Shown one piece after another: positions 50,814-64,000 of a stretch of 64,000 nucleotides of DNA. The notes below the pieces were generated by a model. It worked only from the letters and a program-made list of their open reading frames with translations. It was not told the origin of the DNA and searched no databases. How positions within the stretch are numbered: position 1 is the first letter of the stretch; each line of letters begins with the position of its first letter. The stretch is from NCBI GenBank assembly GCA_964019425.1, contig OZ025781.1, positions 1 through 64,000 of the forward strand, read 5' to 3'. The position numbers and the translations under genes were made by a program. Source of the stretch: Flectonema sp. DT1601 (taxonomy: Eukaryota).

Positions 50814-53800
50814 TCAGACGGTAGTAATCCGCGTGGAAAGGTTTGAAGGCTGCTCACCAAAAGTAGTATTCGGATCTGGGTACTGGTTTGTTGAAAATGA
50901 AGCAGTTGGAGTCTCCATCTCCATGTGATTGCAAAAGTCTGAAACTGAAACGCGTTTCTGCCTCGTAAACTTCCAAACGGCAAATGCAATTGCAGCACAA
51001 AGACAAAGAACAGACCCGATCACAACAGGAATCCACCACCATGAGGAGTCATCATCGTTGCCAATTGGAGGCTCCATCTCACCAACAGCCTGACTGTAGA
51101 GCTCGCACCCCTTAGCAGCTTCTCCAACTTTGGTAATTCCTCCGTCGCTCATGCAAGTGCACTCGTAGTCATTTAGCATCCTCAGGTCCACATCCCTGCA
51201 GATCTGATCCTTTTTATGTCCACACACTGAATGTGTGTCATTCTTAGTGCACTCGTCTACCTCAATACGTTGACATCCTTCAGCAGGCTTTCCAACTTCT
51301 GAAACCTTTTCGTCACTGACACAGGTGCACTCGAAGTCGTTTAGCATCGTCAGGTTCCCATCTTTGCAAGTTTGATCACTCTTGTGTCCACATGCTGAGT
51401 GTGTAGTATTCCGAGTGCACTCGTTAATTTCAGATCCCGGCTTTCCAAAACAATTGGCTGGTTTACTTATAGAGGTGGCTCCATTGTTGAAACAGGTGCA
51501 GATGAAATTACCGCTGGTGGCAAAATCGATATCCGAACAGTGCTGCTCTGCCCCGCACGGAGATCCCTCGCACTCGTCTTTCTCTCCTGCTGCTGCGATA
51601 TTACAATTAGCGCTTCCTCCAACAGATGATTTACCATTCGAACAAGTGCATTCATAGTCGTGAATGTGATCGAAATCTTGCGACTTGTCTTTGCATGTCT
51701 GACCATCTCCACAAGGGTTGTGGAAACACTCATCAGCGAAGCACGAAGCTGGCGCATTCATCAACTCCCTGCTGTTGTTTTTACACTTGCAAATGTAATC
51801 ATGTTGAGATGTGTATGCCGTGTTCGGGTCAGTGCACGTCTGATCTTCTTCTATTCCACAGGGGAAGGGATCGAGCTTGCACTCATCAAGTGTGCATATC
51901 GCCGGTCCTCCCGAAGCAGTCACGTTATTATCACAGGTGCAGGTGAAATCCTTGAGACTTGAAAATGATGTGTTCGGATCGTTACAAGTTTGATCCTTTA
52001 AACATAAAGAGTTGAGACACTCGTCTAGCTCACACTTAGCCGCGTGATCGATTTGGATAATCGAGGGATCATTGTCACACGTGCAGGTATAGTCATGTTG
52101 CGACGAATAGCTTTTAGACGGGTCCGAACACGTCTGGCCGGCATCGCATGGGTCGGACAAGCACTCGTCAGCTGTACACAGCGCTCTACCTCCCATTGCT
52201 GAAACTGTCGTATCGTTGGGACAGGTGCAGGTGAAATCCTTCAGAGACTTGGGCGACTTGTTGGGGTCATCACAAGTTTGCTGAGTTACATTCACGTGAC
52301 AGGGGTCTAATAGACATTCATCTATTTCACACTTTGCGGGATTTCCAATTTGTTTTATTCCGTTGTCATTATCGCAAACACATTCGAAGTCATACAACGA
52401 ATTCGAACTCACGTCGGGATCGTTGCAGGTCTGACCGGTGCCACAGGTATCGTTCGCCCCCGCGCTTGCTTGCTGGCACTCGTCAACTTCGCAAGTCGCG
52501 GCACCACCTGTGCTGTTGATATTCATATTCGATAAGCAGCTGCAAATGAAGTCACCTTTCGAAGTCGGTGATGTGTTTGGATCGCTGCAGAGTTGTGATC
52601 CGCACGGAGCTAAGTCACACTCGTTAACGTAACAAGAAGCTGGATGACCAATAACAGATATTGAAGTATCATTATCACAAGTACAAGTGAAGTCACTTTG
52701 ACTTTGATAACTTTTCGTAGGGTCATCACAAGTCTGATTATTTCCACAAGGAACTGAATCGCATTCATCTGACGTGCAGGTAGCCATACCTCCGGTAGCC
52801 ACAACTCCGTTGTCGCATGTGCAGGTGTAGTCGGATTTCGACATCGGGTTCTTATTCACATCCAAACACGTTTGATTGCCACAAGGAAGTCCTTCACACT
52901 CATCAAGTTCACACTGCGCCGACTTACCAACTGCCGAAATAGAATTGTTCTGATTACAAGTGCATACATAATCTCCCTGACTCTTGTAATCTTTAGCTGG
53001 ATCAACACAACTTTGATTAGTATCACAGGGGTTGGAAGTACACTCATCCTTGTCACAGAGGGCTGCCCCACCAGTAGCCGACTGCCCGTTGCTGGTGCAG
53101 CTGCAAGTGAAGTCACTTCTACTTGAAGGAGACTTGTTAGGATCAACACATGTCTGCAAGCTTCCCCCACACGGGTCGGACGAACACTCGTCGATTTCGC
53201 AAATCGCTGGCCCATTAACTCGCGAAATGGAAGTGTTTCCATTACACGAGCACACGAAATTATTCCTCGACGTTGCACTGGTGTTCGTATCCAAACAACT
53301 CTGCCCCATACCGCAATCATAACCAATGCATTCATCGGTGTCACACTTCGCTGGACCTCCTCGGGTGGACACCCCATTCTGACAAGTGCAGGTATAATCA
53401 CTTACACTGTTTCTCGTCTTCATTGGGTCACTGCAGGATTGGGAAGCTCCACACGCCCCGCTGGTCGCGCACTCGTCGTACTCGCAGGAGGCCGCCGCCC
53501 CGGTCTGCGTTCCAGTTTCAGGTAGCAAGCAAGTACAAACAAAGTCACGAAGCTGCCCAGTCTGAATTGTATCCACACAGGTCTGCCCAGTTCCACATGG
53601 TGATGATCCGCACTCATCGAATGTACAGGTTGCTGATGTCCCAGTCTTGGTACCTGAACCTGTTTTGCAGCTGCAAATGAAGTCAAGCTTGTCAGACATA
53701 ACAGGATTCGGATCCAGGCAATCCTGGTCTATACCACACGGAGATGACAAACATTCATCATCACTCCCACTTTGACACGTCGCTATTCCACCAACTTGAG

Positions 53801-56800
53801 AAGGTCCATTGTTAGGACAGCTGCAGGTGTAGTCACCTGTTGATTTGGTTTGAGTATTCGCATCAACACAAGTTTGACCTCCACAAGGATCAGCGTCACA
53901 CTCATCGACAATACAAACAGCTGCACTGCCAATCACAACTATCGACGCGTCGTTGGTGCACGTGCAGGTGTAGTCAAACACTTTTGATCGACTCTGATCA
54001 GGGTCGTTACACATTTGATCATTCCCACAAGGAGGAGATGTCGCTGAACATTCATCTAAAGAGCAGGTTGCTGTAGTCCCGACAGCTGATATCGAAGTAT
54101 CCAACTTGCACGTGCACACGAAGTCGCTTACTGACATTGGGGACATGGCTGGATCGTTACAAGTTTGGTCCATATCGCATGGATCGGAAGCGCACTCATC
54201 CAACGAACAACTCGGCTGTGAGTTTATTGCATTTATCGAAGTATCCGAAATACAAGTACACACGTAATCATGTTGTGAACTGTATCTCTTGTCGGGATCG
54301 CTGCAGGTTTGGTCGGTCTTGCACGGGGTACTGGCGATACACTCGTCGATCTCGCAACGAGACACTGCCCCACCAGTTGCAGTTGTCGCCGCATCGTTAT
54401 CACACGTGCAGACGAAGTTACCCAACGAGTTGGGGCTCGGATCTGGATCCTGACAGCTTTGCTGTGTTCCGCACGGGTTTGCTTGACACTCGTCAATCGA
54501 GCAGGTGGCGTTGCCGTCGATCATTGAAATCGAAGCGTCACTTTTACACGAGCAGGTGAAGTCATGTTGGCTGCTGAACTTCGTATTTGGATCATTGCAA
54601 GTCTGGTCAGAACCGCAACTATATATTTGACATTCATCAACTTCACAAGTAGCAGCAGTTCCAATTGTAAATACAGTGCTGTCACTCATACATGTACACC
54701 TGTAGTCACCAAGTGAACTGACAGACGTATTTTGGTCACTGCAAACTTGAGCAGCTCCGCAAGGAGATGACGGAAGGCATTCATCTTTTGAGCAGATCGC
54801 AGGAGCGTTCTTGTTCGTAATCGATGGATCGGATTTGCAGCTGCAAACGTAGTCATGTTGTGATCCATAGCTCACATCTGGATCATTGCAAGTTTGGTCT
54901 GATGGGCAGACAGAAGTAGTGCACTCGTCAATCGTGCAGGTTGCAGCAGTCCCAACAGCAACTACAGAGGAATCATTCAAACACGTACAGGTGTAATCGC
55001 CAACCATCGTCGACTGCGCAGCCGTAGGGTCGTTGCAAACCTGATCAGATGGACACGGCTGCTGATCGCACTCATTCAGTGAACATGTCGCCTTTCCGTT
55101 GATCGCTGAGATGCTGGAGTCTGATTTACACGTACACACGTAGTCATGTTGAGAGGTGTATGCTTGGTTTGGGTCAACGCAATCTTGGTCAGCTGGACAC
55201 GGGTTCTGATCGCACTCGTTGATGCTGCACGTCGCGGCAGCACCGGTGGCAAAGATCGAGGTGTCGCTGTTGCAAACGCAAGTAAAATCACTCAATGAGG
55301 TGATCGCAGGGTTGGGGTCGTTGCAGGTTTGGTTTGCGTCACAAGGAGACACATCGCACTCATCTTTTGAGCAAGTCGCAGGGGCGTTGATTTTTGTAAT
55401 TTGAGGATCCGATTTGCAGCTGCAAACGTAGTCATGCTGACTCCCGTAACCAGTATTTGGATCGCTACAGTCCTGATCTCCTCCACAAGGGCTTGTCGTG
55501 CACTCGTCTAACGTACACTGAGGTTGGGTACCTACAGCAGAGATGGAACTGTCATTCTTGCAGGTGCACCTGAAGTCTTTCAGTGACTTGGGGCTGCTGT
55601 CGGGATCAGAGCAAGTCTGATCACCACCACAAGGAGTTGGGTTGCACTCATCTTTCACGCAGATTGCTGCTGCTCCAGTACGGTTGAGAGAAGCGTCTGA
55701 ATTACAGGTGCAGGTGAAGTCTCCACGGGAATTGTAAGTAGTGTCGGGATCAACGCATGTTTGGTTTGCCGCGCAAGGCGTGGCGTCACATTCATCGATC
55801 GTACACATCGGCTGAGAATCAACAGCTGATATGGTTGTGTCACTTTTACAAATACATTTATAAGACACATCTGACAAGTCTTCACAAGTCTGCTCAGAAG
55901 TGCACGGCATCGCATCACACGGCTTGGCTGACAGACAGCTTGGTGGCAGGTTAGGGACGTACAAATTCTTTTCATAAATACCCATTCTTCCTTCCCACGA
56001 GCAACGTCCCGTGCACTCCGGATTCGAGGACCGTTTCAGTGTCTCCTCACTGTTGCTTGAACGCCTCCAGCACTGGACACCCTGACCTTTAGCTGGCTGA
56101 TTCTGAAAAGCAACATTCGGATTAAACTCCCCACATACTAATGGATAAACAGTACACTCTTGAGTTCGTTGCTTGTAGTCGAAAGCTTCGCAATCAGTTC
56201 CTCTTGCAGTGCAGGCGTCAGCACATTTTTGAACACTTCCGTTACCAGAAGGTTCATCTATACCACAGTTCCTATCAACCTTTGACCAACACTCTCCATC
56301 AGATCGATAGACTCTGGCATGCCATACGAAACCCTTTGGAGTGTCCACTTGGATACTTGTTAGTGTAGATGTTTGTGTTCCGAGTTGAGCAGCATTTTCT
56401 ACAGCACATTTTACATCGTATATTTGACCATTGTCGACAACTCCCGTGGGACTGATCACCTTATCGATTAATACTGTGGTTACTGGACCATCTCCTAGTG
56501 TTGCTGTAAATACCTGTTTTAGTTTTTATATTTGATTGTTGGTTAAAGTAGTAGTAACCAGAAGGCTAAATAAGTAAACCAAACCTTGTCGGCATCATAA
56601 TCGGTGCTGGTTTTCAGCTTTTCAGCTGTGTTTGATAACACTAAACTCTTTTCGTTGGAATAAAAGAAATTCTTGTCTTTGAAGTAGACACCTGCACCCT
56701 GAGTCATGTAATTGAGGGCTGCCACGCAAGTGAAATTAGTACCTTTCGGAAACATGCCGTTTGTTTGAATGCGGACGGTGATGCCTTCAGACTCACTCCC

Positions 56801-58842
56801 GGCATTGGGCCAGGTGTCAATGATTTCGTATGTTGGCTGCTGCTTCTTGTACGTCGCCTTACCGTAACCGAAGTAACAGGACTCGAAGGCGCAACCCTCT
56901 ACATTCTTGTTCTTAACATTACACTTCGATGCAGCTGCAAACAACTGGCACTTCTTCGACCCATCTTGCCAGAAAGTGAAGGCCTGACAACTACTATCAG
57001 CCATACACTCTGTAGCACAACAGTCGTGAGTGTCGACTACTACTTCAGTGATTGGTGTCCCTGAGCAACTGATGTATCCAAAAGCAAGTCTTTGGAGGTC
57101 GAATCCCATAACGAAAGGAGACATCTCTTCTCTCGCACACATCCAGGTATCGTATTGCCAGGATGGTTCTCTCACTCCCTCATCGATGTGAATTAAAATA
57201 CATCTCATTATGTCTCCGTCATTTCTTAACATTGGATCATCATTCTTGTCTGATCGCTTTGGTGTTTTCGCAATAGCAAACCCGACACAGACGGCATCGA
57301 GATCGCAAAGTGCTTGACACTGTTGTGGATGAGTGACAGGTTTATTGTCAGGTGTACCCAAGTGAATATCTGATCCTGTTTGAGGAAAACGAGCCCACAG
57401 CCAACCTTTACCTGCGAAAACATTCGCATTAGTGAATGGAGCAGTGTTTTGATGTCGAATCCAACGAGAACATCTTTTCCGCTCCTTACCAGTGGCAGGT
57501 GTGTTTGATGGAGTTGGACAGACAACTGCTCCAACATTTCTAACAGAGTAATGACTTCTTTGATTAGTTTGTGCTTCAATCCAACAACTACCACCTGTTG
57601 GACCTCCAGTAATGGCAGCGAAATTAAATATTCTACAGGGCGGTGTTGATCCACCTTCTGTGTACTTGTTGACGTTGTGATCGTTGCAAAGAGAAATACA
57701 ATCCGAGAGACTGGTTGCTCTTCTACCAAGATCGACATCGTAAGGAGCTGGGAGATCTTTTCCCATAGTAATTCCTGCCTCAATGCAAGGAGCTTCCGCA
57801 AACTTGTAATCAGTAATTGGGTACATTGGACCGTTTAATTCCGACAACTTATCAACACTGTTCTCACCCCATTTATTAACAGCCACGACTGCCCAGTAAT
57901 GAGGATTACATATATCATTCGCAGCAGTCAATCGATCTTTTAAATCGAATGAAATGGGACATCTCTCATTAGGAACTGTATTCGTGGCGATGGTAAATGA
58001 GATATCCCCTCCAGTAGCAGCGACTTCCGTAATCAATTTACTTCTGTCAGCCCATTTTATGTTTTCCCACGAAACTGGATTGTGACTCCCTCTTGGAATC
58101 TTCCTCGTTTGTAATGAAAATGCCCAATACACTCTATAGTGAGTGATATCTGATTCATCAGTGGCTCTGAGAATGGTCGCCGTTCCGCCAAATTCATACC
58201 AACCGGGATCCTCATCGTTGAAAAGAATACCTCGTGCGAATCCTTTTGGGAGAGCTTTTCCTGTTTTTGGTTTGTTGTTTTCGTCTCAACTACTATTTAG
58301 GAGGTTATGTGGAAGCTTTGAAGGATTAGATAAGAAACAAGGAATGAATAATATCGATAAGAGAATGTTAACATACCCGCAACTGGTGTTTTGGTACAAC
58401 AAGTGTACTGATCGCAGTCACCCATCAAGCAGGGGATGGTCTCAGGGTTTGTCTTGCTTTCCCATCCAGAAGGACATGCGAACGTGTCACAAATACCGAA
58501 AGCACAACAGGTGCGGTCAGTGCAGTCGTCAGCAGCAGCTTCTCCGAAATCCGGATTCGCGTAGTCAGCGCAAATAAGAACATCCGCATCCGGACGTAGT
58601 ACTTTGCCAGCCTCTTTACATACATAGGGCTGAGTGTTTTTAATTGTGAATCTCGGACTCACTGCCATCCACTGCGCAGCCTTTGCACCTCCTGAGCAAA
58701 ATGGCCATCCGTCCGTCGTGTACGGAGGGTTTGCAGGGTTACACCAATTGTCAACATTAAACCCCGGGTTGAAAGGATTCTTTCCATCACAAGGGGGGTC
58801 AGCAGCGTTCGCTAATGCGAACAGCAACAGAACCGACCACAT
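50814..58842 (-). CDS. Large surface protein (~2613 aa): PAN/apple-like domains, >30 EGF-like repeats, TM; 3 exons (58842-58377, 58260-56585, 56513-50814)
   Basis: GT-AG introns 58261-58376 and 56514-56584 join three ORFs in frame; signal peptide MWSVLLLFALANA; DEC...PC...QTC.DP...DF.C.C repeats. Confidence 0.88.
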
Positions 58843-60535
58843 TTTATTGTTGTTTGCTAAGAAAGGAATTTCTTGACTTGTTACGTACTTCTATTTAAAA
58901 CCAACAGCGGTCATCAATACGACCATCTGAATGACAAGAGTTCAATGTGTGTACGTGTGAATAACGTACCAACTTATTAACTGAAGAGTTGAAAGCTAAC
59001 TCCACGTGAGGAGGAGTCATATCAAACTTCCGACTACTAAGACAGCTCTGGTGAGTCAGTCAAAGCTTATCAACTAAATACCTTTTTGCTTACCTGTCAG
59101 TTCACTCTGTAGCAGGCTCGGCATTGTTACCTTCAGGACCTTCACCAGCAGGGACCAACTGTTTTAATAATTAAATAAAATATTTTATAAGTCTTTCAGG
59201 TCGAAAGATCCACACCAATCAATATTATATTTCTTTAAAAAAAATAAAACTGAAACATACCAACGCAAGTGACTTTGAGTTCAATAAAATACATCCCATC
59301 TGTTTTTTAGCCCAACCGCCTTCCGCTAACTCTTCGTACTCAGTTACGTCTTCCAAGACTAAGTCTGTTTTTTTTTTTATTATATTTGGTAGAAGTTATT
59401 TTTATACTTTAACAGTTTATTTTACATGTCATACTTAAGAAGGAATCAAACCCCTTCAGTGTTGCTACGAATTCGGTGTTTTGTTTTGTAATGATCCACA
59501 TTCGGGATCCAACACACTTCTCAACAAGCTCTAGAGGGAGGAACATTTTTTTTTTTTTTTTTTTAATTCTATTCGTCTGCCTTATTTATCACTTTTCATC
59601 CATCCTATTTTGAAGAGAAGAAAACATATTTAACTTATTATTAATACCAAAAAAAAAAAAAAAAAAAAAAAAAAACCATCACAACACAAAAACACTAAAA
59701 TAATAATTAAATGTAGTGAGTCGACTACTTAAGTGAGAGGGAGAGTAAGTGTGTAGTAGAAAGGAATAGAACACTTGCCGATTAAAACAAGAAACAGATA
59801 TCACGATGTGATTGAAGGGACGTAATTATTTTATAAGTATTCAGAGTTTGGGTTGTTTCATATGAACCACAACAACACATTCACACACGAGGCACTAACT
59901 TGTTTGACGCAACAGTTACCACCATAAGTCAATAATAAAATGAGAGAGATAGAGGATGTTCAGGACCCTGGTATTCCTGTTACACAGATCGTGCTGTTTA
60001 CACACCACACAACACAACACAATAAAACAGAATAGAATAAATATATAAGGCTGGACGAGTATCATACCAGGCGTGCTAATCAGAAGGCTACTGGAAAGTA
60101 CCTTTTGACACCATCAAAGCTTTACTTTTTAACAATCACAAGACCACTCAGGTAGGCTAACGAAACGTTATAAAATAAACTGCAGAAGAAGAATGGGCAT
60201 CCCATTCGTTTTTTTTTAAAAAAAAAAAAAAATTGTAAATATTAAAAAGATTAATAAATGTAAATACGAAAAATTAATTATATTTCTTACCAAAACATTG
60301 ATATCATCAACGACACTTTAAAAGAGAGACGCGCATTGAAAGACTGCTGCTGCCAACATCTTTCAGTTCGGCTACCGAACGACGTTGTTGATTAATAATA
60401 ATGTGTAAAAGACAGTACATTCATCTCTTAGAAGATTGGGCAAATGAAATCCGCCCCCCCCAAGTAGAGGAGGTAAACTTTCCTTAGAAGAGTTAGAAGA
60501 AATCAACAGCAGCTGTCGCATTAGAAATTAATGAT

Positions 60536-61756
60536 CTACACACGAACAACTTTACTGTTGTTTGAAATATCTCTAAATGAGTAGACTACCTGTCGCGATG
60601 GCATTTTAGAACTGTCTCGACTCTCAAAGGACGCTGCCGCACAAGGGCTGGGTGTCTTGATTGAAGGTGGAAGACGGATTTTAGATGACGGCACTGAAGG
60701 AAGTAAAGTGGGAGAACTATCATCAGAGTTATAACCATAAATAGAAGGAGGAGGTGATGTAATAATTGAATCACTTGGAGGGAAGTACTGAGTCACAAAA
60801 GGGTGATGAAGTAATTGGTCAGCACGCATTCTCTTCGGAGGACACAACCCGAGAGCTCCGTGAAGTAAACTACGGAACTGTGGATCATCAACACCTTCAA
60901 TCCAAGAACGAGAAGAACACTTTGATCTCATGTACCTATCTCTACTGCTGTAAAGGATTTCCCTGCTACGAGGAGGAGCCTTCGCTGCCAATGACTGAGG
61001 AATGAATCCAATATTCTTCTCAATTAAGTAAAGTTGTTCTTCATCTGATCTCGCATCAAATAAAGGAGTTCCTCTTATAATTTCAATTAAAACACAAGCA
61101 AATGACCACATATCAACAGCGTACCCCCAAACACATCCGAGTAGTGCTTCTGGAGATCTGTAAGGACGAGTACTAATTAAATCTTTATCTCCCGAAGTGG
61201 TGTATCTTGAAGCGCTTCCGAAATCGCATAGGCTCCACCCAGAACCGATACCCCGATCTCCAGCAGTGTGACAGTCGAGTAGGATATTTTCAGGTTTAAT
61301 ATCCGTGTGAATAATCTTACACTCAAAGTGTAAGAATCGTAAAGCACTCCCGATGTCTCTTATAAAGTGAGCAAGTTGATAACGTGTTACTCTTCCAGGT
61401 CCTAATTTACGTTTTCTCAAAGAAGGTCCAAGCATCTTAAAAACAAAACAAGGATTACCTGACACGGTCATACTTCGTAAGACGTGTACAACTTTCTGAC
61501 GTTCTTCTTCATCGTATCTTCTGATTGTGTTTAAGATTTCTGATTCACAAGCAGCGTCTCGTGAGTACTCGTGTTTTATGATTTTGACTGCTACTCTCTC
61601 ACGAGTGTTGCGGTCTACGGCTTCTACTACTCGGGCAAAGTTTCCCAACCCTGCCTCAGCAATAATCCGATATTGACCTGCTAAGACCGTATCAATCGGC
61701 GCTCGGAATATCGAAGCTGTTCTCTCAGATGACCTGTCGGAGTATCGGAAGGACAT
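60536..61756 (-). CDS. CLK/DYRK-like (CMGC) protein kinase
   Basis: GLGNFARV, VAVKII, HTDIKPEN, DFGSA, STRPYRSPE. Confidence 0.9.
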   Translation of the reverse strand: MSFRYSDRSSERTASIFRAPIDTVLAGQYRIIAEAGLGNFARVVEAVDRNTRERVAVKIIKHEYSRDAACESEILNTIRRYDEEERQKVVHVLRSMTVSGNPCFVFKMLGPSLRKRKLGPGRVTRYQLAHFIRDIGSALRFLHFECKIIHTDIKPENILLDCHTAGDRGIGSGWSLCDFGSASRYTTSGDKDLISTRPYRSPEALLGCVWGYAVDMWSFACVLIEIIRGTPLFDARSDEEQLYLIEKNIGFIPQSLAAKAPPRSREILYSSRDRYMRSKCSSRSWIEGVDDPQFRSLLHGALGLCPPKRMRADQLLHHPFVTQYFPPSDSIITSPPPSIYGYNSDDSSPTLLPSVPSSKIRLPPSIKTPSPCAAASFESRDSSKMPSRQVVYSFRDISNNSKVVRV

Positions 61757-62312
61757 GTTTTGTTATAATCTGATGAAGTTATTAAATTAATTTACTTTTA
61801 GAATTCTTCAAAAACTTCATCTTCGACCTGATGCTGTTTTTTAATAATTGTTATCAGCGGAGTCGGCTCCGTTCCTCAACAGCAGGGAAATCATTAATAA
61901 GTTTACTTCACTAATATTTATTTATTCGATCGTTTGGTAGGAAGTGTCTTCCACGGTTTACTCATTTGATTGTTCTTCTATTAAATAAAATATTTTTGAG
62001 ATGATTTCCTAACAACAACTAACATAAATGAAATCAACGAGTTCCAATACACGAACTACCAGAGTACCACAAGCATACTGACGGTTGCCAAGTGTTATAA
62101 ACGAAAGCAAGACACTCTCTTAATGTAATCACGAGATACATTAATTCACAAATACTCAAGAATGGAACCATCTGCTTGTGGTGGGCTCAAGGGGGGGTTA
62201 TTTTTTCAAAAGTTCTCGTACGAAAGAAAGAATAAGGAGTATTCCAAAATAATCTTTTTACTTTTCTTTTTTTTTTTTTTTTTCTCGTAATTTTCTTTTC
62301 TCCAATAGATTA

Positions 62313-63107
62313 TCACAAATACTTGTTCCACTCGGACCAGGACCCGACGTACATTTTTGGTAAACCAAGACCAGCATGAACAATAGAAGCAGCAGTCACA
62401 CAGGCGGTGACACCAGAGCCGCAGTACACGACGGACTTGTCTGCAGGGACGCCAGAGAGAGTTGTCTCGCAGAGAGTGCGGAGTTTGTCATCTGCGAGGA
62501 TCGCACCGTCTTCATCGAAATTTGAAGAAAACGGATGATTTACAGCTCCCTCAATGTGTCCTGGCTTTGGATCAGGGAAACATGGTTCTGTAGTCGATTC
62601 GTATCTTGGCTTACCTCTACAGTCGATAATCTTTTCAAAAGACAAAACGTTCTCTCTTTGAACTGTTGAGGTTCCCCAGGTGTTCTCTAAATCTATTTTA
62701 GTAGGTTCGTAGGTCTTTGGCTGGTCGGTTTCGATGGGTCCTCCGATCTTCTCCCAGGCTGCCCTGTCGCCTTCTAAAATATTAACATTCTTAAAACCTA
62801 AAGTGTAAAGCATCCACCAAACACGTGCAGCAGCATCTCCGTAGGCAATAATGTTGTCGTCTTTTTGAAGAGCGCAGGTCTCAATCCAAGTTTTGAATTT
62901 ATCGAACTCTGGTAGCGGATGTCTACCCGTCTTCTCTGTCATAGCGCCACTCAACACCTCCAAATCGAAGAACACTGCTCCAGGAATTCTGCTTCCCTTG
63001 TAAGCTTCTGGCCCATGTGCGAGGTTCCTAAGACTCCAAGTTGCGTCTACGAAACGGACGCGCTCGAGGGCAATTGCCTGTCTCGCTGCGATAAATACCT
63101 TAGTCAT
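62313..63107 (-). CDS. 3-mercaptopyruvate sulfurtransferase / tandem rhodanese
   Basis: IPGAVFFD, AAARVWW, GHIEGA, active-site CGSGVTA, YVGSWSEW. Confidence 0.93.
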   Translation of the reverse strand: MTKVFIAARQAIALERVRFVDATWSLRNLAHGPEAYKGSRIPGAVFFDLEVLSGAMTEKTGRHPLPEFDKFKTWIETCALQKDDNIIAYGDAAARVWWMLYTLGFKNVNILEGDRAAWEKIGGPIETDQPKTYEPTKIDLENTWGTSTVQRENVLSFEKIIDCRGKPRYESTTEPCFPDPKPGHIEGAVNHPFSSNFDEDGAILADDKLRTLCETTLSGVPADKSVVYCGSGVTACVTAASIVHAGLGLPKMYVGSWSEWNKYL

Positions 63108-64000
63108 GGTGTAGCTGGTGCTGAATTATATGATTATAATAATTAATTTATAACACAAAACATAACATAAGAAACAATATCCCTTCAGGCTCCCCGTTAC
63201 GTTGGAAGACAGATCTCTCTTACAACAAAATTAACCTCTCTCTCCAACATGTGTGAACTCATGCTTGAATAAAATAAAATAATGGTAAATATCTTTCTCA
63301 CTGCCAAACTATTACCGTTGTGTGTTTTTATTTTTTTCCTTTGTTGCATTTGTGTGTGCAAGGGTAGCTATTCGGATGCCACCATCGCCGTTGCCTCTTC
63401 AGGTTACTAAATTCGTTATTTTCTTTTTAATAAATAACAAGGACGGTTGCTATTCGTGTGTAAGGAGCGAAGTCAGACGTCTAATGACAGGAGTAGTTGT
63501 AGCTCTTGAACTGTTTTTGTTTGTTTGGTAATTTATTTTCATTTCTTCATACACATGAGTACCAATTAATATAAAGAACTGATATCAAAAGGAAACACAT
63601 ACCGCAAAGTCTGGTCCGCTTCCCTCCTTTCTTACTCCAGCGCATACCGGACGTGCGCTGGTGATGATGGCACGTGGTCCGAAGGTTACGTCCTTTGTGG
63701 CGACCTGTTTTTGATTAGCTTTTGACGATCATAATCAGTTTTCATTACCAAAATAAAACAAAACAACATACGGTGGAGTATCCTCCGAAGGTTGAGGCGT
63801 CGAATCCTGGCATGTTGTTAAAGGGAGTGTGTGTCGTGTCTGGTTAAAAAAATAATAATTCAAACGCTACCCAACTCAATTTGTGATCACCCTACTTACT
63901 ATTCTGAACCTGTAGAAATATAAACAAGAATTAGAATGAGGGTAAGAACTGACTAGTAGTTTGACTCTTTTAATTAATTCTACGGAGTTTTTGTTTGTTT

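Overview
Eukaryotic genomic DNA, very probably from a diplonemid (Euglenozoa). A near-complete diplonemid-type spliced leader lies at 12500-12537 (-), and all host genes are on one strand. The left ~36 kb is a mobile-element landscape built around (GGGTTTGC)n arrays. It holds three divergent tyrosine-recombinase (YR) retrotransposons (TATE/VIPER/Ngaro-like, with split direct repeats), a truncated fourth family, a 'solo' remnant, an AT-rich satellite, tRNA-like and Helitron-like modules, and a full-length APE-RT-RNaseH LINE. The right ~28 kb carries minus-strand host genes: a Ubl-LRR protein, two kinases, three Cys-rich surface proteins and a sulfurtransferase. Four observations stand out. (1) All three YR elements share an apparent two-way recoding switch at the end of gag: a -1 slippery heptamer (with a clear hairpin in two of the three) leads to RT, and a single in-frame UGA leads to the recombinase. 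(2) In the LINE, ORF1 and ORF2 are joined by a UGA-CUAG readthrough context followed by a 2A/StopGo peptide. (3) Spliced-leader sequence has been reverse-transcribed into the 5' ends of two unrelated retroelements. (4) Integration is site-specific, through a GG core, into a telomere-like octamer repeat. All calls come from reading the sequence by eye; no searches were run.
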